This document shows positions 36,792 through 45,157 of a DNA stretch of 64,000 nt, in pieces (position 1 is the stretch's first letter; the number at the start of each line of letters is the position of its first letter). Below the pieces are notes generated by a model. That model worked only from the letters and a program-made list of their open reading frames with translations, was not told the origin of the DNA and did no database searches. The position numbers were made by a program, and so were the translations under genes. Source of the stretch: Candidatus Anderseniibacteriota bacterium (GTDB taxonomy: Bacteria > Patescibacteriota > Andersenbacteria > UBA10190). The DNA lies in contig JAIOOW010000003.1 in NCBI GenBank assembly GCA_021414205.1, positions 364,365 through 428,364 of the forward strand, read 5' to 3'.

Positions 36792-37811
36792 TTACGCGAG
36801 CGTGTATAAATCGTTTTCTGCTTTTTTGAACTTCGTATTGTTCTGCAACGATAGCAATACCGTATTTTTCTTTACCATTCGCTGTTTGAGCACTGCTTGA
36901 AGAAGCTCGTCTTTAGACATCGGCTTTCCTGTTTCTTTCAAGATGGAAATCAGCACGTCGGCAACAGTTCCTGCCATAAAGCCCCATTCTTTGAGTCCGT
37001 ACAATCCTCGTCCAACTAATACGAATCGGCCATCTTTAATAAGTTCGTTATGAACGGTTTGTGGGTTTGCTTTCTTGTGATCGAAGCTTGCTTGGTTAAT
37101 CATTTCGGTGATTTCTCGGAAATGCGCAGGTTTGCCATTGCGTCGAAGAACTGCGAATGCTTTGTCGCCTACACCGCGAGGTGAAGTTTCTGCCCAGCCG
37201 ATAAGTCCCCAGTCCCCGAATGCTGTAGGAGAAATATTCTTGCTTGCGTGCAGAGCTGCATGAATATGCGTATCTGGCACTACTGTTCCCTGTGCTGCAG
37301 AACGGATTTCGTTTACGAGTTGCTCGATTGTAATAGGTGCGTTGTTTTTCTTGAGCACTTCCATTGCCATAATAACGATTTTCTCAATATTTTCATGGAG
37401 TGATGCTGGGTGTTGCCAATGAGTTTCAAAGAGAGAGGTTGGCGCAACAGTCGTAAATGATGGAAGAATCGTTAAGAAGAAATGAATAGTATGAGCATCA
37501 ACTGCCTGACCTGTTCGTTCTTGAATGACATTCACTGCGTGAGTTTCGGACATTAATCCGCCGTGCTCTGCAAAAATATCTGCAAGCATCTGCTCTGCTG
37601 AAGCAAGAAGGTCTCGCATCGAGGTAAGCTCTTTTTTTGCATTTGCTTCAATTTGTCGAACGCGCTCTCGAGTAATTCGGTACTCTTTTCCAATGCTTTC
37701 TAGTGTTTCTTTTTCTTCTTTTCCAATACCAAAACGACGGACAATAATATCGCGAGAGCGAGTGTCGAGGCGCGCAAGCAAATCTTCGGCTGTCTTAGAG
37801 AAATTAATCAT
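36792..37811 (-). CDS. sigma-70 region-4 HTH protein fused to three HARE-HTH-like repeats (putative RNAP-associated factor)
   Basis: The N-terminus (…RDIIVRRFGIGKEEKETLESIGKEYRITRERVRQIEANAKKEL…) matches sigma70 region 4. It is followed by three repeats ending in GDWGLIGW, DGRFVLVGRGLYGLKEW and NDLYTLA, resembling the HARE-HTH of RNAP delta subunit (RpoE). Confidence 0.6.
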   Translation of the reverse strand: MINFSKTAEDLLARLDTRSRDIIVRRFGIGKEEKETLESIGKEYRITRERVRQIEANAKKELTSMRDLLASAEQMLADIFAEHGGLMSETHAVNVIQERTGQAVDAHTIHFFLTILPSFTTVAPTSLFETHWQHPASLHENIEKIVIMAMEVLKKNNAPITIEQLVNEIRSAAQGTVVPDTHIHAALHASKNISPTAFGDWGLIGWAETSPRGVGDKAFAVLRRNGKPAHFREITEMINQASFDHKKANPQTVHNELIKDGRFVLVGRGLYGLKEWGFMAGTVADVLISILKETGKPMSKDELLQAVLKQRMVKKNTVLLSLQNNTKFKKAENDLYTLA

Positions 37812-37917
37812 ATATACCTTTTTAGCATATCATGTAAATATTGTCAATATAGCACTAACAACTTATGACTATACTACGTATTATTTGATATGTCTAGTAT
37901 GGCAAAGTTGGATACTG
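37812..37917. promoter_or_regulatory. promoter/operator region upstream of the sigma-r4/HARE gene with two TTGACA-containing palindromes
   Basis: tgtcaacttttcttgaca (TGTCAA-N6-TTGACA) lies at ~37907-37924 and atattgtcaatat at ~37842-37854. The minus strand reads TTGACA-17-TAAAAA followed by aaaggtatatATG. Confidence 0.35.
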
Positions 37918-39162
37918 TCAACTTTTCTTGACAATGGCTCGCATTCTGCCATCGAGCGTACCGGCACTGAAAATAATTGCTATACAAGGCTTTTTTTGAG
38001 CTATTGACTCGGTAAGTTTCGTATCATCGAATATGCATTCTGCGGGCGTATTTTTAGCCTCAATGGCATCCTGTAATCTGTAGGCGTCTTCTAATGACTG
38101 CTCGTCTCGGCCGGTGGGGATAAACGGTTTTGTGATGATTACTTCGTCTGCTTGAGCCAATGCATCGGCGAAATTGTCAAAAAACGTATGAAGTCGCTTC
38201 GGCATATGGGCTTCAAATACCGCAACAATATGTGCTCCTGGCGCAAATTCGCGCGCTCCTTGCAATGTTGCTTGTATTTCTGCGGGATGATGGCCGTAAT
38301 CCGATCGAATTTCAACCTTCCCAACAGTTCCGAGTAGTTCAAATCTGCGCGCTAGCCCTGGGAATGTTGTAAGTGATGTAATTGCCCGTTTTCTGTCTAC
38401 TCCCAATTTTTCTGCCAGCGCAACGGCGAGGCTGGCATTTTGCCGCATGTGTTTGCCTGGCAAAGGAACGCGAAGCTTTTCTTCCTCAGATGTTGGAATG
38501 ATGTGCGTATCTACTGGCCATGAAATATTCATATGCGCACTATGTTCTGTTTCGGGAACAAAAATAGAACCTCCTGGCTTGAGTGATTGCATGAAATGTT
38601 CGTACGATTTCTCCACATCCGCTAATCCGGTAAATGCGTCGGGGTGGTCGTAGTCAATCGATGTAATGATGATGTCGTTCGGCGCGAGTGCGTAAAAGTG
38701 ATTGCGGTATTCATCTGCTTCTACTACGAAATACTTTCCTTTGCCGTATCGTGCATGCTTCCCTGGTAGGCTTGGCATTGAGGCGCCGACTACAACTGTC
38801 GGATCGAGTCCCGCTTCAATGAGAATGTGCGCAAGGAATGCGGTAGTAGATGACTTACCGTGCGTGCCGGTAACAGCAAGCGTGTGATAGTGGCTTGTAA
38901 TATGCCCTAGAAATTCATGATAGGCCGATTCTGTTTTCCCAGTCTTCCTGAATGCGGCGCGCAAAGGATGCTCAAACGGTGCGGCATCCGTATATATGAG
39001 CGATGTAATTTCGGGAAGCTTTTCAAGAACTTCTGCTTGTGTGTATTTCGAAAATTCTGGATTATCGTCATATCCAACAACGGTCATGCCGTCTTGTTCT
39101 GCAAGGTATGCAACTGCGCGCATGCCAGCTCCGCCAATTCCAACAAAAAGTAATGTTTCCAT
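37918..39162 (-). CDS. murC: UDP-N-acetylmuramate--L-alanine ligase
   Basis: 414 aa; Mur ligase N-terminal Rossmann (GIGGAGM), GTHGKSSTT P-loop, and C-terminal domain. Confidence 0.85.
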   Translation of the reverse strand: METLLFVGIGGAGMRAVAYLAEQDGMTVVGYDDNPEFSKYTQAEVLEKLPEITSLIYTDAAPFEHPLRAAFRKTGKTESAYHEFLGHITSHYHTLAVTGTHGKSSTTAFLAHILIEAGLDPTVVVGASMPSLPGKHARYGKGKYFVVEADEYRNHFYALAPNDIIITSIDYDHPDAFTGLADVEKSYEHFMQSLKPGGSIFVPETEHSAHMNISWPVDTHIIPTSEEEKLRVPLPGKHMRQNASLAVALAEKLGVDRKRAITSLTTFPGLARRFELLGTVGKVEIRSDYGHHPAEIQATLQGAREFAPGAHIVAVFEAHMPKRLHTFFDNFADALAQADEVIITKPFIPTGRDEQSLEDAYRLQDAIEAKNTPAECIFDDTKLTESIAQKKPCIAIIFSAGTLDGRMRAIVKKS

Positions 39163-39165
39163 ATA

Positions 39166-40341
39166 TTATTTCTTGCTTGGAAGATACCCGGATGCGAGTT
39201 CGAGAGCAAGTGTTGCGATATCGAGTGCGGCATGAGGAAAATCCAGTGCTTTGATATTCTCTATAATTGCAGTCCTGAGTTGCTGATCGGTTATGAGTCG
39301 CTCCACCTCTTGGGTGAGTAGGTGCGGGCTCACGTTTGTGGGGTCGAGTACAAGCGCTGCCCCAGCAGCTTCGAATGCTAATGCATTTTTGCGCTGATGA
39401 TCGTTTGCTGCCCCATCTAGCGGGATAATGAGGCTTGGGATTCTGAGGCTTGCGATTTCTGCGAGACTTGACGCTCCTGCGCGCGTGACTGCACTGTCTG
39501 ATGCCATGAGTGCTTGTGTCATTTTTGCGCCTTTTAGAGTTGGAAACGATTTGTACATATCTTTTCGCGGAGATTTCGCTAAGAATTCCTGAGAGACTTT
39601 CTCAATGGCAACATGGTGTGCTTCCCCTGTTATATGGATAATTGTCATATTTCCAATGAGTTCGGGAAGCGATGCAATGAGCGCATCGTTTATCTGCTGG
39701 GCGCCCTGGCTTCCTCCCATAACTAGAAGTACATGCTCTTCGGCAGGAATTCCAAATTCCTGCTTGGATTCTTTTTTTCTATCGTCTGAAATGAGCGTTC
39801 TGGTTGGAGTGCCTGTCACAAACAATTTTTTCTCATACTGTTGCAAATATTGGCGAGAAACGGCGAATCCGAGCGTTATGGCAGCGGCAAATCGCATCAC
39901 GAACGCATTTGAGGATCCCGGAACTACATCCGATTCATGTAATAAAATGGGTATCCTATAGATAATCGCCGCAATGCATACCGGCATGCTTGCGTATCCC
40001 CCCTTACTCACAACAACATCCGGCATAATCTTCCACATTTGAATTAGTGCAATAACAATTCCTAGCGGCAATCGGAACGCAATATCTAGAATATTCATTG
40101 CGGATGCGTACCTGCGCATTTTCCCGGACGGAATGTTGTATGTAGGAACTTGATAGCGATTAAAGAATTCCGTTGCTTCTGCGGTAACAATTCCTAGAAA
40201 ATAAATTTCTAACAGTTCCGGATCGGTAAATCCTGGGAATGTGGACTGTTTCTCTGTAAACGTCGAGCGTAAAGCTTCTACAATAGATTCGAACGGCATA
40301 ATGTGTCCGCCAGTGCCTCCTCCTGTAAGTACGATGCGCAT
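39166..40341 (-). CDS. murG: undecaprenyldiphospho-muramoylpentapeptide beta-N-acetylglucosaminyltransferase
   Basis: 391 aa with GT28 N- and C-domains (GGTGGHI…; …GGSQGA…). Confidence 0.85.
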   Translation of the reverse strand: MRIVLTGGGTGGHIMPFESIVEALRSTFTEKQSTFPGFTDPELLEIYFLGIVTAEATEFFNRYQVPTYNIPSGKMRRYASAMNILDIAFRLPLGIVIALIQMWKIMPDVVVSKGGYASMPVCIAAIIYRIPILLHESDVVPGSSNAFVMRFAAAITLGFAVSRQYLQQYEKKLFVTGTPTRTLISDDRKKESKQEFGIPAEEHVLLVMGGSQGAQQINDALIASLPELIGNMTIIHITGEAHHVAIEKVSQEFLAKSPRKDMYKSFPTLKGAKMTQALMASDSAVTRAGASSLAEIASLRIPSLIIPLDGAANDHQRKNALAFEAAGAALVLDPTNVSPHLLTQEVERLITDQQLRTAIIENIKALDFPHAALDIATLALELASGYLPSKK

Positions 40342-40343
40342 AG

Positions 40344-41450
40344 CTATTTAGAAGTATACTTGGAAATGTTTAATAGCACACCGGATACGAACAAAAGTGC
40401 GATTAACGCTGATCCGCCATAGCTAATAAATGGTAATGGAATTCCGGTAAGCGGAGTAATGGCCATTACCGATGCCATATTAACGAATGCTTGTACGAGA
40501 ATCCATGACGTAATGCCCGTTGCCAGCAATCTCCCAAACATGTCCGGAGCTGCTTCGGCGATTTTGTATCCCCGATAAATAATGACTGCGAATGCGAGCA
40601 ATAGGATAACAACGCGGATAAATCCAAGTTCTTCAGCAATAACGGCAAAAATGGAGTCCCCTGCTGGTTCCGGTAAATAGCTGTATTTTTGACGACTTCG
40701 TCCAAAGCCGAGACCCCATAATCCTCCAGTTCCTACGGCGAGCAAGGCCTGATTAATTTGATATCCAATGCCCTGAGGGTCTAATTCTGGATGCAGGTAT
40801 ACGAATAAGCGAGCCAGTCTGTAATGCGCAGTACTAATAAGGACGGAAAATGCTGCAATGCCTCCAAGTCCGATAAATGCCAAGTGTCGTATGCGAATGC
40901 CGGCAGAAAACATCATAGAAATTCCTATTGCTGTAATGGTGAATAACGTACCGATATCTGGTTGGAGAATAATTAATAAGCTAATCACAGATGTGATAAC
41001 TAAGAACGGCACAACGCTTTTTTTGAAATCTTTGATTTCGGATCCTTTCTTTTCCAGTAACGCCGCCAAGTATAAAATGAATCCAAGTTTTGCAAGTTCG
41101 CTTGGCTGCAGCGTGATCGGTCCTACTCCAATCCATCGGGCAGATCCTCCTGATACTATCTTTAAGCCAGGAATAAATACCATAACGAGCAAGATGAGTG
41201 CGATAATGATTGCAGGCACCGCGATTTTTCGTAGTTTATGGTATGGCGTATAGAATCCGATTAAGAACGCAATTATCCCCACTAACAATCCGTAGATTGA
41301 TTGATGCTTTAAGAAATAAAATGCATCTCCTCCTCGAAACTGTTCTCCTAATACAGATGATGCAGAACCAACCATGATAATGCCGAAGACCACCAGTCCG
41401 AAAATGGTAACTAGAAGGATTCCATCTGCCCGCCCTTTTGCCTGAGCCAT
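40344..41450 (-). CDS. ftsW: SEDS-family peptidoglycan glycosyltransferase FtsW/RodA
   Basis: 368 aa with 10 TM helices and SEDS conserved motifs (…GSARWI…, …PEPAGDSIFA…). Confidence 0.85.
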   Translation of the reverse strand: MAQAKGRADGILLVTIFGLVVFGIIMVGSASSVLGEQFRGGDAFYFLKHQSIYGLLVGIIAFLIGFYTPYHKLRKIAVPAIIIALILLVMVFIPGLKIVSGGSARWIGVGPITLQPSELAKLGFILYLAALLEKKGSEIKDFKKSVVPFLVITSVISLLIILQPDIGTLFTITAIGISMMFSAGIRIRHLAFIGLGGIAAFSVLISTAHYRLARLFVYLHPELDPQGIGYQINQALLAVGTGGLWGLGFGRSRQKYSYLPEPAGDSIFAVIAEELGFIRVVILLLAFAVIIYRGYKIAEAAPDMFGRLLATGITSWILVQAFVNMASVMAITPLTGIPLPFISYGGSALIALLFVSGVLLNISKYTSK

Positions 41451-41501
41451 AGGTATTAGTATACATGAAAAAGAAATCCCCGGCCGGTGGTCGGGGGTGT
41501 G

Positions 41502-41969
41502 TTACGTCTCTTGCATATTCTTCAGAACTTCCTGAAGAGCGCAATTCTCTGGCTTTGTTCCGCATGTCGATATCCACGTGCTCGTTTTCGGGTCTCCAAT
41601 AAGGGTTGCAAGTCTCTTGATAAGGCATTCAACAATTACGCAGGCAGAAAGATAAGTTATCGGACGTTGCAGTCTCTCGGCAGCCACTTCTGCGAGATAA
41701 TTCGTTTCTTGTCGAAGGTTAGTCTTGAGATTAAAATCATCCATGCCTGATTCGTCGAATTGCTTGAGAAGCTTGTATGCCGTACAAAAAACGGTGATAT
41801 TTTCAAGTCTCTGATTCGGATTTTCTCCGCATTGATGAATAATCGCTAGTCGCAGATATTGCGTGAAGGGACCATACAAGTATTTTGCCATGTTTCGGAT
41901 CCTTTCTGGAAAAGAACAGTCTAAATATGCGCCTATATTTGGTATGCGCTTTGCAATGGTAAGAGTCAA
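41502..41969 (-). CDS. hypothetical protein (155 aa)
   Basis: ORF inserted between ftsW and murD. No family recognised. Confidence 0.4.
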   Translation of the reverse strand: MTLTIAKRIPNIGAYLDCSFPERIRNMAKYLYGPFTQYLRLAIIHQCGENPNQRLENITVFCTAYKLLKQFDESGMDDFNLKTNLRQETNYLAEVAAERLQRPITYLSACVIVECLIKRLATLIGDPKTSTWISTCGTKPENCALQEVLKNMQET

Positions 41970-42069
41970 TATGGTTTCCGGTTGCTATTTCCAGAAGATT
42001 CGCGTACAACTATGTATTGTCTATGAATGGCTTGTTCTTTACCTGCGTAATACTAGAGAGGGCGTTTCT

Positions 42070-42654
42070 ATGCTAGATCAAAATAGTGCCATTGGCTGGG
42101 TTCGTATTGCGGGGAGTGCAGAAGCAATCGCTCGAGCTACTCCGCCGTATTGGAGGCTCACTCCTAACGTTTCTGGTGAAGTAAAGCAGCAACTCGTGCA
42201 TGAAGTTCGAGTTACTGGTACTGCAGACGGAGTAAATATGGTTGACGGAATGGAGCAAGGAGCAAGTTTTCTTCTCTGGTTTCAGATGTATGGGTCATGG
42301 TCTGTCGTAAGCGACGATGGAAAACATGTACTCGTTATTGATCTCCAAAAAGTTCCAGATGTGGCTTCGTCGATTGTAATGGATCCCGTACAAGAAATTG
42401 TTGGCAAGATCAGCGTGTACGGAGCTCCCGATTTAGCTCGAGCTGGAAACCTTGATCGATGGAGGTGCGTTGTAAACGGAAGAGAATTTCTTGTTCAATC
42501 GATGCGCGTATATGGAGAAGTCACTCACGACAATTTTCAAACCGTCGAGAATGTGTCCCCAGAAAATCGGGCAAAGTATCGCCAACAATGGCTGTCGTTT
42601 AATGGAGTGTTGCGCACAGACATTGAAGGAAATGCCTCGATAGAGGTTAGATGA
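42070..42654 (+). CDS. hypothetical protein (194 aa)
   Basis: ATG at 42070 is preceded by GAGAGGG. It is oriented divergently to the 41969 gene. The track ORF starts earlier (41863), but that part overlaps the minus-strand gene. Confidence 0.5.
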   Translation: MLDQNSAIGWVRIAGSAEAIARATPPYWRLTPNVSGEVKQQLVHEVRVTGTADGVNMVDGMEQGASFLLWFQMYGSWSVVSDDGKHVLVIDLQKVPDVASSIVMDPVQEIVGKISVYGAPDLARAGNLDRWRCVVNGREFLVQSMRVYGEVTHDNFQTVENVSPENRAKYRQQWLSFNGVLRTDIEGNASIEVR

Positions 42655-42687
42655 AAACACCGCAAGGACGCGGTGTTATTTTTTTAG
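42655..42687 (+). terminator. intrinsic terminator of the 42070-42654 gene, overlapping the 3' codons of murD
   Basis: Stem acaccgc(42657-42663)/gcggtgt(42670-42676), followed by tattttttt, which encodes the C-terminal KLKK of murD on the other strand. Confidence 0.6.
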
Positions 42688-44076
42688 TTTTTCAACAGCT
42701 TCAATAAACGCATCTCCTCGATCAAATTCATGCAAAAATAGTCCGAAGCTTGTAGCACCCGGAGAAAGCAATACGGTATCGCCTTCTTTTGCAAATTCGG
42801 ATGCGCTAGACACAACTTCTTCCATAGATGAAGCGTAATATGAATGCGCAGGCGTTACCGGAAGAATTTCTTGCTTCATGCGATCAGTCGCCGTTCCAGG
42901 GAGCCAGATGAGGTGCTTGAGATTTTTTTGTTGAGAAATTTGTTGTGCAAGATTTTGAAATTCGAGCGCTTTATCTGAGCCGCCGAGAATAAGTATGAGA
43001 GGATTTTCTTGAATCGATTTAAGTGCTGCGATAGTCGCATCGGGCATTGTCGCAGTTGTATCGTTGATGTATTTCACGCCGCCTATTTCTCGCACTAACT
43101 GCATGCGATGCTTGAGCTGAGGAATTGCTTTGAGTGCCGATGTAATCTGCTGCGGCATTGCGCTATGGAGTAATGCAATTAAAATTGCTGGCAGTTTATT
43201 GCGAAGCTCGTGTGGTGACGAATGAGGAATGTCTAAAGCGGTGCAAATAGTTTGTTCCTGATTATTCCAATTTGTTTTCACGTCTCCCCCATCAACCCAA
43301 ATTCCTAACCCATGTTCTGGCAAAGGTTTTAGTGAATACCAGTATAACTGCCCTTTTACATCTTTCTCCCAAGTTCGAATTATTTCGTCGTCGTAATTTA
43401 GTATCGCAATGTCATCGTGTGTTTGATCTTTTATAATTTGCTTTTTTACCTCGATATATTCTTCATACGAAGAGTAGGTATTCAAGTGGTCTTTATATAT
43501 GGAAGTGCACACTGCAATGTGTGGGCTTATATGTGTTTCTTGTAACGCTTCTAATCTCCAGCTTGAAATTTCAAATACAATTGGACTGGTTTTAGATGAA
43601 ATGGTCTCAAGTTCGCCTAACGGCGATACGCCGTCAATTCCTACGGCAGTAGTTTCTGTGATGAAGTTTTTGAGTGTGTGAAAAATCGCATGCGATGTTG
43701 TCGTCTTTCCTTTTGATCCGGTAATGCCAATGATTCGCTGCCGCCCAACTTGATTGAAAAAAATACTGCTGTCCATCATGACTGGAATATTTTTCTCTCG
43801 AGCTTGTTCTAATAATGGCGCTTTGCGCGGAACTGCAGGATTCCTCAAAACCATATCTACGTCATCTAGATTAATTTCATCCTGACTGCCGAATATATAT
43901 TTTATGCCGGAAATATCTGAAAGCTTTTGTATAGAAGGCTCTAGTTGTTCCTGTGACTTTGTATCTGAAACAGTTATCTGCGCATTTTGAGAAGCAAGCC
44001 ATTTGATATTGCCGATTGCTCCTCCATGCAAACCTAGTCCGAGAACGAGAACATGCTTGCCGACAAAAGAATCCAT
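42676..44076 (-). CDS. murD: UDP-N-acetylmuramoylalanine--D-glutamate ligase
   Basis: MurD N-terminal motif VLVLGLGLHGG and GSKGKTTT P-loop. I place the start at MDSF…, 1 nt after the mraY stop; the track ORF extends to 44121. Confidence 0.85.
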   Translation of the reverse strand: MDSFVGKHVLVLGLGLHGGAIGNIKWLASQNAQITVSDTKSQEQLEPSIQKLSDISGIKYIFGSQDEINLDDVDMVLRNPAVPRKAPLLEQAREKNIPVMMDSSIFFNQVGRQRIIGITGSKGKTTTSHAIFHTLKNFITETTAVGIDGVSPLGELETISSKTSPIVFEISSWRLEALQETHISPHIAVCTSIYKDHLNTYSSYEEYIEVKKQIIKDQTHDDIAILNYDDEIIRTWEKDVKGQLYWYSLKPLPEHGLGIWVDGGDVKTNWNNQEQTICTALDIPHSSPHELRNKLPAILIALLHSAMPQQITSALKAIPQLKHRMQLVREIGGVKYINDTTATMPDATIAALKSIQENPLILILGGSDKALEFQNLAQQISQQKNLKHLIWLPGTATDRMKQEILPVTPAHSYYASSMEEVVSSASEFAKEGDTVLLSPGATSFGLFLHEFDRGDAFIEAVEKLKK

Positions 44077-44077
44077 A

Positions 44078-45157
44078 TTATTTACCAGCACCCATGCCGA
44101 GTAATCCGATAACAAGCCCAATACTTGCGGAGACCGCAGATACGATCCAGAATCGCATTGTTACTTTTGTCTCAGGCCAGCCGAGCGCTTCAAAGTGATG
44201 ATGAATGGGCGTGGAAAGAAATATTTTCTTATGAAATAGTTTTTTGGATGTCATTTGAACAATGACTGATAGTGATTCTATGACCAATGGAAACGCAATG
44301 ATCGGCAATACTAATGCAGAATTTGTAAGCATTGCAATAATCCCAAGCGTAGTACCTAGGCTCATGGCGCCGGTGTCTCCCATGAAGAATCTGGCGGGAT
44401 ATACGTTGAACCATAAGAACGCAAGGATGCCCCCGGAGATTGCGGCGCACAGCATGGATAATTCTATTCTCCCTAACGCAAATGCTAAGGCGGTGTATGC
44501 AGAAAAGGAAAAGAGCAGCATTCCTCCTGCTAGACCGTCTAATCCGTCTGCTTCATTCACGGAAAATGCGGTTGAAACAATAACGAGCATAAAGAGCGGA
44601 ATGTACCACCATCCGATTTCGAAATCTCCAATGCCCGGTACGTGAATCGTGCTCCAATCAAGCTTAGTATAAAACCACCATGCTCCAAATGCCGCAACTA
44701 TCGTATATAGGAATAAACGATGTTTCATTCTAAGCCCTCCGCCGTGCGGCCCTTTCCCTTTTACGTTTAAATAATCATCAAGCAAGCCAACGAGCGCAGA
44801 GGCTACGAGTGCCCCGAGTGGTAATAGTGTTTGCGGGCGGCTTAGAAAATTAAGCGCATAGGTGAGGTTGGATGGGAATAGCTCGCTTAAAATCCAAAAC
44901 AGAAGCGCAAGAATTGTTACAGTGCCCCAAATGATAATCCCTCCGCCTACGGGAGTGCCTGCTTTTTTTGCGTGGAGCTTGGAGTACAGCGGGGTATTTC
45001 CGGTATTGCGAATATTTTTTCCAAATTTATAGATATACAGAATATTTGTCAGCACGGGCGTGAGCAAGAACGCAATCAAAAACGTGAGCGTGCCGATTCC
45101 GACGATACGCGTTACGTTTGCAACCAAATTTGGATCAGAGAAAGCAATCATGGCCAT
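44078..45157 (-). CDS. mraY: phospho-N-acetylmuramoyl-pentapeptide transferase
   Basis: 359 aa with 10 TM helices and a MraY/WecA family DD/DxxD active-site pattern. Confidence 0.85.
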   Translation of the reverse strand: MAMIAFSDPNLVANVTRIVGIGTLTFLIAFLLTPVLTNILYIYKFGKNIRNTGNTPLYSKLHAKKAGTPVGGGIIIWGTVTILALLFWILSELFPSNLTYALNFLSRPQTLLPLGALVASALVGLLDDYLNVKGKGPHGGGLRMKHRLFLYTIVAAFGAWWFYTKLDWSTIHVPGIGDFEIGWWYIPLFMLVIVSTAFSVNEADGLDGLAGGMLLFSFSAYTALAFALGRIELSMLCAAISGGILAFLWFNVYPARFFMGDTGAMSLGTTLGIIAMLTNSALVLPIIAFPLVIESLSVIVQMTSKKLFHKKIFLSTPIHHHFEALGWPETKVTMRFWIVSAVSASIGLVIGLLGMGAGK

